From: Felis catus
Taxonomy: Eukaryota
NCBI RefSeq assembly: GCF_018350175.1
Contig: NC_058368.1
Coordinates: 231,572,001-231,636,000, forward strand
DNA: 64,000 bases
Reading direction: 5' to 3'
The first letter of the stretch is position 1, and each line of letters starts with the position of its first letter. The position numbers were made by a program, and so were the translations under genes. Below the pieces are notes generated by a model. The model worked only from the letters and a program-made list of their open reading frames with translations, ran no database searches and was not told the DNA's origin. Shown here piece after piece: positions 49,636 through 62,229 of the stretch.

Positions 49636-49826
49636 GGGGCACCTGGGTGGCTCAATCAGTTGAGCATCCAATGCTTGATAGCAGCTGAGGTCAGGATCTC
49701 ACAGTTTGTGGGACTGAGTCCCAGTGCTGTCAGTGTAGAGTCTGCTTGGGATTCTCTCCTTCTCTTTCTGCCCTTCCCCTACACATGTGTTCTCCCCGCC
49801 CCCCCCCCCCCCAAAAAAAGAAAAAG
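49636..49826 (+). mobile_element. Diverged Can-SINE
   Basis: TSD core catataat. Confidence 0.88.
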
Positions 49827-50011
49827 GGCATATAATCCTTAAGAGAGGAAATATACGCCCTGATCAATTCATCTCCATTGACACATAAGAGTTAATTTCA
49901 CAATCAACTTAAAGCAAAGTTCCTCTATGTGTCCAGGTTGTTGCTTAGTTGGAGCATATATGTATATTAAAAAAGGATAAAAATGCCAGTTTCTATGATG
50001 AGTACCTTTTA

Positions 50012-50225
50012 ATTTTTTTTTTCAACGTTTATTTATTTTTGGGACAGAGAGAGACAGAGCATGAACGGGGGAGGGGCAGAGAGAGAGGGAGACACAGAAT
50101 CGGAAGCAGGCTCCAGGCTCTGAGCCAGCAGCCCAGAGCCCGACGCGGGGCTCGAACCCACGGACCGCGAGATCGTGACCTGGCTGAAGTCAGACGCTTA
50201 ACCGACTGCGCCACCCAGGCGCCCC
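50012..50225 (-). mobile_element. Young Can-SINE (SINEC_Fc-type)
   Basis: Perfect TSD tgatgagtacctttta at 49996 and 50226. Confidence 0.97.
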
Positions 50226-52066
50226 TGATGAGTACCTTTTAGGAACATTAATGACCCTGACAGGGTGATAACTTCTCATATGTATAATTTCAAAGGAAAT
50301 GGAATTATAGAGTCCTGAGAAATAAATATTAGTTTCCTTTAGCTTGAGTTTCATGAAGAGTGGACAATTTTTGGAACAAACACAACACATGTTCATTTTG
50401 GGGAGTTTACTAACCAGGTTGCAATTGTACCTGACTATAAGCTGCCAATATATGTGGGATGTTGGTTATTCACATGTGTGGTTGTCCTTATTCGACTAAT
50501 GTCCTTTTGTTTGGTTGTTTATATTTACAAAGGAGTAACGAATGATACAGGCTTCTTATGTCGTTAATACTTGCTGTGGATACTGTGCTGTCCTCTCCAG
50601 CATGCATATGTCGCAGAAGGAAATCCTTCCCTAGGGGTCTGCAGATGTGTAAAGCTTTCTCTCTCTTTTTTTGTGGTTTTTAAACTGACATCTTGGTCGT
50701 TTGCCATTAAACAAAAAATAAGCTGTAAGTATATTCAATTGTATGTGCGTGGAGAAGAAAGAGAGAAAGGGAGAGAGAAAGAGAAGTCACTTATGCCAAA
50801 TGTTATGTCATCCAAAGGCTTCAGAGATGGAGTTTGTTTCACAGTTGTTGACAAACGTCTTATCCATACTTCTGGTGCCTCTTTTCCATCCTGTGATGTC
50901 CTGGGATTACATCGCATTCATTCTTTGGTGGTATCCCAATATGCCCTTTGTCTCCAGGGTCAAGGACTCTGATGTACCACTTTGATCAGTTACAACCTCC
51001 TTTTCCGTCCCTTCTTTAAGGGAAGTTTATTTGGAAGACTTTTTTAGGAAGCTTAATTACCTTTCCTTTTATCCATTTCAAAATAAATTAAATAGCATTT
51101 CATTTACATCGCCCATGTGTTCACCATTCTGCCTCGCCTCCTCCGACACGCCACGTAAAAGGGAGAAGGAGAAACAGTGCATTAAGTTGTATATTTCATG
51201 CAGAAATTTCAAAATGTCCTGACAGATTGCGGAAATAAATGCTACACAATAACAGTGTTTACACTCAGTAATGAGATAATTTATTAGTAAATTATGGGAC
51301 TTTGCTTTCCCTGTTTTGCAAATGAAGAAGCAAAGTCAGAGAAAGGATATTTTCTTTTCCCAAGGTCACACGCTCTTTCTCTGACCAAAGCCAGAGGAAG
51401 AAGTAGGATTTTTCCATATTTTCTCTTCTGCTTAGTCCATCAATACACTAAAATATCACAAGTAAAAATGGATCATAGGGGAGGTGCGTTATGTCAGTGT
51501 TGAATGGTTCAAATATATCCATGTTACCCTTGATTCCAGAGTAAAAAAGAATGTAGGACTGATTAGTTTGTATTTGTAGATAAGTGCTTCAGTGAGTTTT
51601 AATTTTTATCTGGAATGTAGAACAGATCCTCTATTTGAACTTTCATAGGGTATCTGCATACAAAGAGGTCAGGAACAATGGAATGGATCATAATAAAAAC
51701 CCTGAAGCAAGCCATGTTTGATGTTCAATATTTTCACTCATACATCCTAGCTTAAATAAGAGAAAATTCTTGCCAGGGAGTTTCCTTAAAGTAAGATAGA
51801 ATTTAATTAGCATTTTGTACTAGTATTTTTTTTTACCTTTTTTCTTGTACTTCTATAGATTAAGAAAAGCCAAGCATATAGATATTATTTAACAATGGAT
51901 CTGAATATTAATGTCAACATTAAAAAAAAAGGCCAAAAATGTCTAGCTAAATCCCACTGCCTCTGAATGCTACCTCAGGAAGAATCCCTCTAATTTCAAG
52001 GGGGATCTTACTCCAAAGCAAAAGACATAGAACAGAGGTGGACAAGTGCTTCGGGAAAGTGCTTAC

Positions 52067-52102
52067 CTGTAATGATGATGGCTGAGTCACATTCAATCAT
52101 GC
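52067..52102 (-). other. Candidate 36-nt exon (host transcript unknown)
   Basis: Minus strand reads ttttttttttttcttttcaacccag|GCATGATTGAATGTGACTCAGCCATCATCATTACAG|gtaagc. Confidence 0.3.
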
Positions 52103-52488
52103 CTGGGTTGAAAAGAAAAAAAAAAAAGTGCAGTGGCAGGCTTGAATTCCAGAAAGCATTTTGAACTTGACAACCCGATTGGAGTGAAATAAAGGGAACA
52201 TTGTGGTTGAGGGATAAGAAGGAGAAATCTTGGAAGAGGTGTTTTGAATGATCTGTAAATGGGAAGGGCACTGCAGGTGACCATGAAAACCAAGGTAGGA
52301 GTTGATGAAATCAACTAACCTGGAGATTTAGGAGGTAGAAAGGGATATGACAGGATGCATTTTAAACTCTATAAATATGATGTATAATGTATAACAATGA
52401 TGAGAGGTCAAGTGTAATTCACTTTTAAGCTTTTCTTTGCTAGCAGTGTGTGAGTCTGTTTACAGCTAGCCATGGCCTGTGTGCAAGA

Positions 52489-53340
52489 TGTGTAAGTGAG
52501 GACATAGGTTAAGCTGCTGTAACAAAGAGACCCCAAACATAGTGGCTTAGAGAAGTTAGACTCTCTTCTGTAACAGTCCAGAGGGGGTCAGTCTAGGGGT
52601 CAGTGCTCTGTCAACAATGGTGTAGCTCTGACAAATCAATACACAGCTTCTACCTCCAGATCCAAGATAGCTGCTCCCGGCGGGCAGAGAAGTATGCCCG
52701 GAAGTTTGCCTACCTTCCTTTCTGGGGTCATGACCTGGAACTGGTAGTAAGTTTTCTAGGGCTGCGCCAACAAAGTGCCACAGAGTGGGTGGTTTAAGCA
52801 ATAGAAATGTGTTGTTTCTCAGCACTGGAGACTGGAAGTCCAAAATCAAGGCATTGGCATGGTTGGTTCCTTTGTAGGACCGTGAGCAAGGGATCTGCTG
52901 CAGACATCTCTCATTGGCTTGTAGATGGATGGATGTCTTCTCTTCTAGCTCTTCATAATTTTCCCTCTATGCATTTGTGTCCAAGTTTCCTCTTTTTATG
53001 AGACACCAGTCATATCAGATAAGGGCCTACCCTAATGACCTCATCTTAACTTGCTTACCTCCATGAAGGCCCTATCTCCAAATAAGTTCACATGCTGAGG
53101 TACGGGGGATGATGACTTCAACATGTGAATTTTGGGAGTGATGCAATTCAACCAGTAATGGCATTCCTCACTTCTGCTCTCATCTTGTTAAAATTTAGCC
53201 TGGGTCCACACAAAACTGTAAGGGAGGCTGAAAAATGTAGTTTCTATCTGGGCAGTCAGGGCAGCCATATGCCTGGCTAAAATGGAGGAGAAAGAAATGT
53301 ACTGGAAAGCACAGCCTCCACTAACCAGCCCTTGTCCGCA
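52489..53340 (-). mobile_element. Old MLT1 (J/K-type) LTR, split by a younger MLT1B
   Basis: aggttaagctgctgtaacaaagagaccccaaacatagtggctta on the left; actgtaagggaggctgaaaaatgtagt on the right. Confidence 0.75.
52742..53160 (-). mobile_element. MLT1B-type LTR nested in an older MLT1
   Basis: tagggctgcgccaacaaagtgccacagagtgggtggtttaa...gggcctaccctaatgacctcatcttaact...ctatctccaaataag. Confidence 0.88.
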
Positions 53341-53769
53341 TGACCCACTCTCACTAATCATGAACAGTCTGTGGGCTGTGACCATTTTTGTTTTGGTCAC
53401 CACTCATTCTCTGAGCCTGCCGTGGTGACTGATAACTAAGGGGTTCTCCCAAAGTTTGGATGGCAGTCTAACATTGGCAAGCAGCTTCAGTGCCCTGAAA
53501 GGGGGTTAATTCCGTTGTCTACCCTCATCTTTTACTGAAGTTTACACATAGGTGTGTTCATTTAGACACCCCAGAGGCTCAGTCCAGTTCTGTAGGAATG
53601 CTGCAGGGTCAAAGGAAGGCATGGGGCAAAGAATGCAGGAAGGGTCTCCATTGTTATTTCTTCCAGCATTTCTTCTACATTTAAAGTTCCTGACCCATAC
53701 ACTAGACAAGACAGAGGAGTTTGGGCAGGAGGACTTGGTGGTGACTGAGTGACAGGTACCTCTTGGTGG

Positions 53770-54068
53770 TTTTCTATTCTTGGCTCCCTGTTCTCCTTTC
53801 TCTGCTGACTTTCCCTGGGCCATCACATTCTTGCTCCTGGTTTTAGCCATAATTTTGATGACTCCCTACCTATATCTTTATCTCTGACCTCCCTTACCTT
53901 TATACTTACATATCCAGTCATTTCCTTATCAATCCATCCATTTGTTCTCTAGGTTCCCCAAGCTCAACACGTCTAAAATGAAATTCATCCCTTTACTGAC
54001 CTCCCTACACCTCTCCAACTTCTTCTCCTCCTGTATATCCATCTTAGCTATAATCCCCACCATTCATA
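53770..54068 (+). mobile_element. L2 fragment (sense), resumes near 56520
   Basis: gatgactccctacctatatct...caagctcaacacgtctaaaatgaaattcatc. Confidence 0.7.
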
Positions 54069-56515
54069 CATTTAAAGGATATTTGGTGCACATCTTCTAT
54101 GGATTAGGTAGTTTTCCAGGGGCTGGGAATAGTAGTATAGTCACTGCCCTTGTATGGGTCAGTAGGCAGTGAAGGACACTATAGATAAATGCCCATAGTT
54201 ATTAATACTACAGAGGGTGTATACATAGAAAACAAGAGGGAGGTCCTGCTTTAGATACAGAGTGACAGAGGAAGTGCCTCCAAGGGATGACAGTTCAAGT
54301 AGTAACTATAGGAGCAAGCAATGTAGGGCAGGGAGCATTCTGGGCAGAAGCAGTATCATGTGCAAAAGGCCTGTGATGAAAAAGGATATGTCATGTTTGT
54401 GAACTGAGAGAGGGCCCAGAGGCTGTTGTGTTTGAAGACTGAGGGGAGACTGGCTGGATATTTGGGTGGAGAGATAAGCAGGAGAAAGTCATAAGAGCCC
54501 TGTAACCTTGGACACGAGAAGTTTGGGATATGCAGATGTGGACATTGAGTAAGTAGTCAGATGTCTCAACTGGGAATGGGGAGGTGAAGTTTGAATGTAT
54601 CAGTTTCAAATCATCAGAATATGGATGTTATGTAAAAACATGGTAAGGGATGTGATTATTTTGGCATAAAAAGAAGTAGAAAGGACTGAGTCTTGAGGGG
54701 CTCATCACTTAAGGGTCAGATGAAGAGGAGAAGAACCAGCAAATGAGACTGAGAAGAAGCATCCAGTGAAGTTAGTGGAATGGGAAAAGAGGTAGTAGAA
54801 GAAGAGGGTCACTAACACCTGTCCTGGTTTGTGTCCCTTGAGCTTATATATTTTATCCCTCTTCATCTTTACATTTAAGAGGAGGACACTTGTGTCCCAC
54901 TTTGTGACCAGACTTCATGCTTTGGGTTTATAGGGGGAGCTTTTTAAATACGTGGAGTCATGGAATGGTAACAAGACACATTCTTGGGGCATGACTAGGT
55001 GAGTCAATGCATAAGGTGCTGCTATGGACAGAGAGGAATTCTCTCTGGTGAGGTATAGACAAAGGGACCCGATCCATGTGCAAGTAATGGGAAATTCTCT
55101 ATAGAAAGAAGCCTGGATGATTGTCAGTCAAGGCTCAACTCTTGCTGATGCCCTTGGCACTCAAGCAACACTCCCCACCGTGGGCTTCTGACGGGTTCAC
55201 TCTCCCAACGCTGCCTGGATTATGGCTCTTCCCCCCTCTCAGTGGTTCCCAGATATCAGCTTTTCCCTATGGTGGGGCCCATCTGGTGCCCATCTCTCCA
55301 TTGCCTCCACTAGTTCCTTGTGCTTCCTCTCTCCCCACCCTTCTTATCTCCACTAACACTTGGAAACGTACTTTCTTCTTACTCTTCGTGGCCCATTAAA
55401 CTTAGAGCCAGAGCAAGTGAAGGTATAGATGGTTTGCCTTTCCACGGAGAGCAGAGAAACCTAGACTTCCAACCTCCCCCAAAATTGAGGGGAGGCATTT
55501 GCATTTCCTCTCTCTCATGCAGCACAAAACAAGCAGAAAAGAATGGTTAAGTGTCCATAGTCACACAGGCTGAAACTTTCATAACCTGCCATACTGGACT
55601 CATAGCAGCCAAGAGAGCAGAATGTTTTCAGAGATGGGAATGTGTCAAATGCTAATGAGAAGTCAAGTAATATCTCATTCACTTCCTCTGGATTTGGCAG
55701 ATGAAGGCTTTGGTGACCTTGTTGAGGGAGAAATTTCTTTGGATGGTGGAAGCAGAAGACAGAACGGGGCCCTTTGAAGATTGGGTGGGGGCTTAGCGTC
55801 CTCTAGCATGCATGCTAAAAGGGTGCTTTTTCCATCCCAGAGACCAAGGCAAAATCAACCCTTTGGGCAACACGTGTTTCACACATAAGTGAATCAATAA
55901 TAAAAGTAGGGGATGAACGGAGATGGAAAGGATGATTGGGAGAGGCTCCTTGGAAGGTTTGAGATCATGAGTCAGCTTGATTGTATATCTAGTAATTTTG
56001 GTTGTTCAATTGTGGGCACGCCAGATAGCTGGCTTCATCCAGGATTAAGGTGTGTGGCTTTTTCTTTAAAAATCAAACCTTTTGTTTTGAGACGATTGTA
56101 GATTCCCATGCAGCTGAAGGAAGGAATACAGAGCAACTGTGTAAGGATGAAGGTACTCCTAGGCACTGATAATGAAAGGAGAGAGAAGAAAAGACTGGAG
56201 GGTGTGATCAAGTTGATGGTTTTTATTAGTGGATCGAGGACTCTAAACCAGACATGCAGAAAAGTGAAGAGTGCAGAGGGTCACTGGATGGGGTAGCCTG
56301 AGAAAGATTGGATGCTTTGGTGCATCAAGAGTCCTGAGCAGATATTCTAGAAGCTGAGGAGGAGGAAGTCAAATAATGGAGGATTGAAATCAAGAGTTCT
56401 GATTGAAATTTCTGGCCATGACAAGGCATGAGTGACTATTATGTAGGTGGCCCAAGTGGAGGGGAGAAAGGTCACTGGTGTGAAGAGGTCAAGGCACCAA
56501 CAGGTCAGGAAATCT
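54060..56515 (-). mobile_element. L2 (antisense) nested in the sense L2; itself interrupted at about 54800-55597
   Basis: 3' terminus cattcatacatttaaaggatatttgg; gagaagaaccagcaaatgagactgagaag; gtgtcaaatgctaatgagaagtcaagtaa. Confidence 0.7.
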
Positions 56516-56519
56516 CAGC

Positions 56520-57145
56520 AGTCAGGAAATACCAGTCATCCAAGCTAGAATTTTGGAGGTCATTCTAGAACCTTCCCTTTCTTTGCTGCCTACACGCAAA
56601 CTTGTCAAGATTTTACCCTCCCATTTCTTGTTTCTGATCCATTCCCTCCATAACCACCACTCGTGACCAGTTTCTGGAGTAACTTCACACCTGGTCCTCT
56701 TCCAAGATTCTCCTTATATTCATTCTCCACCCGGGATCAGGGTGATGACCTTTGACTTGTGACCCTCACAAGATGACCTGACAGACAAAGCCCAAGCTTG
56801 GCATCCATCCAAAGTACTGCAGGAGCTGGCCCTCCCTTCCCTTGCTTTCCACCTGGTAAGGCAGAGCTGCTTGGAGGTGCCCACACATCTGCTGGCCCCT
56901 TCCCCTCTCCTAAGTTCGGCCGATTCTTACTTATCCACTGCAGGCCTCAATTCTCTTACCAGGCCTTTCTTCATCCTTCATGGTGTCAAGTATATTCCCC
57001 CTTGTTCTTGACAAGATGGAGTCGCCAGTAACACTCCTTGTTCTGGAGAGTACTTCCATATTACATTGGAAACGTGTGTTTGTGTGTCTGCCCATGTAGA
57101 CTGTAAACTCAGCACAGGCAGAAAACGTGTCTCATCCACAATGAT
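56520..57145 (+). mobile_element. L2 fragment (sense), 3' part
   Basis: ccaagctagaattttggaggtcattct...tagactgtaaactc...gtgtctcatccac. Confidence 0.65.
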
Positions 57146-57178
57146 CTGAATGTAGACAAAACTATCTTCTGTCTATAC

Positions 57179-57388
57179 CAGGGTCTCTCAACCTCAGTAC
57201 TGCTAACATTTGGGGCTGGATAATTCTGTTGTTGGGGGCTGTCCTGTGCCCTGCAGGATGTTGAACAGCATCCCTGGTCTCTACCTGCTAGACGCCATTA
57301 GCATCCCCAGTTGGGACAAATGAAAATGTTTTCCGTCATTGCCATATACCCATTTGGGGACAGAATCCCTCCCTGGTTCAATCCTCTG
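57179..57388 (-). mobile_element. MER20 hAT-Charlie MITE
   Basis: Full length, with perfect 8-bp TSD gtctatac at 57171 and 57389. Confidence 0.93.
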
Positions 57389-58729
57389 GTCTATACTAGG
57401 AATACTCAGAAGGAGGCTGGCCAAAAGAGGGAAAGAAGGCAGGTGTGTTTTAAGGCTCCCAGCCAAGTTTGTGTGCATGTGCTCCCCTTGGTAGTTTCTA
57501 CCTTTCCTTTTGGGCTAAATCTCATCTGAGCCATATACGCCAATACGTATCCAAAATGCTTGTTGGATTTTTTATGAAAACAAAGTAATCTTTTTAAAAA
57601 AAACATTTCCAGTGAAATACTGTGTCAGGAAGTTTATGATATCCTCAAAATGCCATTAAGAGGAAACTGTACTTGAGAGCAAACATCTGTTAGCTCGTCT
57701 GAAGCTGGGCCAGCCCTCAGGATCTAGCACTCACCGTTTGGCAAGGACAGGTCTTCAGTTTCTTTAAAGTTCAGCAAAAGATGCCATGAGATGTTTCTTC
57801 CTTTCTCCTCTTTTTTTTTTTTTTTTTGACTTAAATGCTTAATTGGGAGAATTCTGCCCCGTAATTTAGTAATGCAGTGACAGAGTTGCAAGTCATTTCG
57901 GAGGCTTTGCGAAGTAACGCGGTATAAGAAGACACAGATGGATTGTTTCAGCCGAAGAAATAATTCGTTGTTTCCAGATGGGTATATCTCTTCTTAGTCC
58001 ATTGCTCTCGTTGAAACAACACGCTTGATACTAAATGTTGGCCACCCACTGGTAGAAAGGCTGGACCCTCTGTCTAATGACGCCCTCCATTTGGGCCTTC
58101 TTAGCTCATGCTCCAGATTTGGTACAGCCTGGCCAGGTGTCTCTCCTTGCGAGGGAGCCCTCCTTGGACGATGATTGCATTGGGTGAATGGGGAGATGTG
58201 ATTGTCATCATACTTGCTGAAATAGTTTTTGCTATGCATGACATGAGCGGAGATTTGGAAATGGAAGTGGCAGCATTTTGGAAAATATTTTGAGTTGGGG
58301 TGACCCCCCCCCCACTTTTCTTAAGGACCTAGAAGAGATAGGAAGGAAGACCAATGCTCTTTGCTGTAGATAGTGAGAAGGTACTTTGCAGTATGCATGG
58401 AATGCTCCTAGCTGCTCACACTTAGGGGCCGGGAAAATAAAATTGGGTTTCTAACACTTCCTATGAAAGGAGATTTCGTCTCTGGCATCATTCGAAATCA
58501 TTTTAAAGATGCCCACCAAAAGTAACTAGAGCGCAGCCCACAGTGCGAGGAACATGCATAGAGGGGGGAGGCAAAAGCAGGCTCAGCAGGAGGGGCCCCT
58601 TTGTCCACGGTGATTATGAAGGTCAGCACGGGCGACGCAGCGTCTGAGCAGCACGGGCGAGGTACCGACATGCGTGAGTGGGTTTTGAAAGGCAAAGGGG
58701 AGAGGATACGAGGGAATCGAAGGCAGAGG

Positions 58730-58895
58730 TTGAGTCACATAGACCCACCGCCCTGAGTCTGGGAGGCTTTGACTTTAGTGAGCCTCAGTTTTCTCATCTG
58801 TGAAACAGGGAGAGTAAGATCCATCCTGTGAGGACCTTGCGAGGATCACACGAATTGGTGATGTGTACCGAGGGCTGGCGAAGTGCCCTGCCCTC
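58730..58895 (+). mobile_element. MIR
   Basis: Core tgagcctcagttttctcatctgtgaaacaggg. Confidence 0.8.
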
Positions 58896-60299
58896 AAATC
58901 ACGAGGCGGCCCAGTCCTGAGTCACCTCCGCAGTAGGAGGGGGTCTCAGCTGGACTAAGGGACATTGGTTTCCTTGACAACATTCACATGAGGATGTTTG
59001 TATTTGGTTGAGGGTATAGAGGGTGGTTTGGGGGCTGCTAGGGTATGGAGTAGTGGGTGGGGAGGAGTGGGCTGGGAACTGGATCAACCAGGAGGTGTCT
59101 GGGCCCCGCTCAACCACCCACCCTGAGGCAGCTGGAGAGGAGACTGTGGGCAGAGGGCAGGCGTGGTTCTTCCCGAGGGCCCAGAGGATGATGAGGAGGG
59201 GAGGTCTGATGCCCCCCCACCACAGGCACAGTGGTACAGCAGCGTGCAGGGGTCCCCCTGGTCCATACAATGCCTTGGTTCCAAATAGGAAAAGGTGCCC
59301 CTCCTCTGCACGGCCATCATCCTACATGGGGGCACCGAGCTTAGTGAGCTGAACATGGAATGGATTTCAGTTCCTCCTCCATCCCCTTGACTGACTTCTT
59401 GTGCTGGCAACAATCTGTAGAGCCACATATGGAAGCTCTACTGTCCCGGCCCACTTGGTGAGACTTCTCGGTGAGTGTGGGAACAGTGCCGCCTGGGGAC
59501 TCCCCCAGATACATGGTGTGGACGTCTTCTGCTTCCCTGTTGAGCATACGGGCATGGAACAGTGGTAGGAGGGCCATCCGTATTCCTCCATCCTTTGGAA
59601 AGGTGGCGGTTCTCCAAGGCTGACCCTGCTTGCTCTCCTGCACCTTCACTGGTCATCCCCTAAGTACGACGAGCCTGGCAGGCAACGGGGTCTGAGTTTA
59701 GGATGCCAACGGCCAGGCTGTTGTCCAAAGTGGGTGAAGTGACACCATGGCCTGACTTAGAAGGGGAAGAGAAGCCCCCTTGGGCATTTGCATACGTACT
59801 GGAGAATCGAGCAGCTCAGAGGACAGACCCCACCCTGGCCCTTCCCTGGTTGCGACATCCTCTGTGTCTCCATGAGATATTGCTACGGGGTGAGTTTGGG
59901 GGAGAGAGCATCAGCTATGCACGTGGTCCCGGACTTAGATGGGCCCAGGCACTCGCTCTCTATAAAGCGAAGTGAACTTCAGAGGTGATGCGATTATTAT
60001 AAAGCAATGACGCAGGCCCACGAGTCAATTCCTATTGAAATATGAGTAGTCAGTCAACCAAATCTCACGGCATGAGAGGTAGGAAGTATCTGAGGGCTCC
60101 CAGTTAGGTTACAGTTTGCGAAGCAGTCCGGGAGCGTATCAGTGCCTCGTTTTCAGTAATGCAGTTAATTATACGTAGAATCTGGACTAGGATGTAATGT
60201 CTTCCCCCCGCCCCCGCCACCCCCACCCCGTGAAGTGTTCTTTCTATAACATTCTCTACCAAATACCAGAGGAAAAAAATCCTTCCAAGTCTAATAGAT

Positions 60300-60830
60300 T
60301 TTTTGGTGAGAGCTTTAGTGAGGTATAATTTACATACCGTAAAATTCACCTGCCTTAAAGGCACAATTCAATGACTTTTAGTAAATTTACTGACTTGTGC
60401 AGTTGTCTTCAAATCCAATTTTGAAACATTTTCACTACCCCAAAAGACCCTCGTGCCATTGGCAACAGGCCTGGTCTAAAATCTCTGGTCTTGTTCCCTC
60501 TTTCAACTCTAGGCAGCCACTAGTCTATTTTTATAGATTTGCCTTTTGTAAAAAAAAAAAAAAAAGACACTTCATGTCTGCCGGATCTTACAATATGTGG
60601 TCTTTTCTGTCCAGCTTTGTTTACTTAACACAATGTTTTCAAGGTTCATCCCTGCGGTAGCCCATGTCCGTACTTTTCCTTTCTATTACCAAGTACTATT
60701 CCAATGTGCGGACAGACCGCATTTTGTTTACCTGTTCGCCAGCTGATGGGCATTTGATTATTTCCACGTTTTGGCTATTCTGAATAACACTGCTATGAAC
60801 ATTTACATACGGGTCATTGTGTGGTCGTAC
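60300..60830 (-). mobile_element. L1MB-type 3' end
   Basis: agctttagtgaggtataatttacataccgtaaaattcacc...ttttcaaggttcatcc. Confidence 0.88.
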
Positions 60831-61309
60831 CAACAGGTTACGTTTGTTTGTTTGTTTGTTTGTTTGCAGTGACTTCGCAAAGCATCCCAAAGAAAGTTCA
60901 GTACTGTGCTAAAACCTGTGCCCTCTATAACTTCCTTACTGCCTGTTTGTTTTTCTTCTGGTCTCGGGGTCTGACACAATTCCAGCAGAGAGGGGCTGCA
61001 GAATCATCAGCGACACCGCCAACATCGTTGTCAACAATCACGGTCAACAGCCATTATCAGGCACTAGTTTTCCCTAATACCTGGGGTGGGTGGGAGATGT
61101 TGTCCCCCCACAGGCTAGAATTTTTTGCTTTGTGACATTCTCTTCTGGCTCTCTCTAAAAGGCAGGTGGCTCTCTCAGCCTCGGAATCAGCAATCATCTT
61201 CATTGTAAAATGTGATAAATGTGCACGCTTTGGGCCATGCTGTTGGGCCCATGTGGTTGTTGGGCCATGACTTTGGAGCCCTGTAAGTGTTAAAGGACCA
61301 GCCTGAGAA

Positions 61310-61502
61310 GCCCTTCGTTCCCCTCAGCATGACTGACACTGCATTCTTTGCTGTGGGGGCCCATCGCGTGCATTGCAAGGGGTCTTAGCAGCATTCCGGA
61401 CCCCTACCCGCTGGGTACCAGTAGCAAACCTCCTAGTTGCGACAACGATGTCTGCAGACATTGCTAAATGTCCCTGGGTCAGGGGGCTGGCTGGAAGCAC
61501 AG
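61310..61502 (-). mobile_element. MER20 (diverged)
   Basis: tgtctgcagacattgctaaatgtccctgg; ttagcagcattccggacccctacccgctgg. Confidence 0.8.
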
Positions 61503-61648
61503 TTCAGGGGACAGATGTGGGGCCCACTCCTGTACTGCCCTGCAGGGGGACCCACGGGGGCTGAAGGCTCCTAGATGAGGCATCTATAAATGGAACCGTG
61601 TTAGCCGGTGACTACAGCCACATTAGCTTCATTTAAAATACAATGTCT

Positions 61649-62196
61649 GGAGTAGATTCCCATGGTTCATCGCTTACATACAACACCCAGTGCTCATCCC
61701 AACAAGTAACCTCCTCAATGCCCATCACCCCTTCTCCCCCCCACCCCACTCAGCCCTCAGTTTGTTCTCTGTATTTAAGAGTCTCTTAAGGTTTGCCTCC
61801 CTCTCTGTTTGAAACTATTTTCCCCCCTTCCCTTCCCCCATGGTCTTCTGTTACGTTTCTCAAATTCCACATATAAGTGAAAACATGGTATCTTTCTCTG
61901 CCTGCCTTATTTCACTTAGCACAATACCGTCCAGTTCCATCCACATTGTTGCAGATGGCAGGATTTCGCTCTTTCTCATGGCCGAGTAGTATTCCTTTGT
62001 ATACATAAACCACATCTTTATCCATTCAGCAGTTGATGGACATTTGGGCTCTCTCCATAATTTGGCTATTGTTGATAGCGCTGCTATAAACATTGGGGTG
62101 CCTGTGCCCCTGTGAGTCAGCACTCCTGTATCTACTCCTGAAGCCAAGAGCACACCGTATACACTATATGCTAGCTAACTTGACAATAAGTTATAT

Positions 62197-62228
<32 letters not shown>

Positions 62229-62229
62229 A
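61649..62229 (+). mobile_element. Felid/carnivore L1 with 5' inversion (61649-62132 antisense, 62130-62229 sense plus tail)
   Basis: ORF 61860-62153 (-) TPMFIAALSTIAKLWREPKCPS...WIK is the ORF2 C-terminus; sense end tagctaacttgacaataagttatattt(aaat)n. Confidence 0.9.

Noticed and set aside
3775..50396. Many similar ORFs (AQVMISRFVGSSP..., ETEHERGRGRERGRHRIG...) suggesting a gene family
   Set aside because: They are translations of Can-SINE copies.
58540..58700. Local CpG cluster as a possible CpG-island promoter
   Set aside because: Under 200 bp and no other promoter evidence.
61860..62153. ORF with L1 ORF2 C-terminal similarity (also 5020-5355, 12367-12573, 15951-16142)
   Set aside because: Truncated, decayed retrotransposon fragments, not functional CDS.
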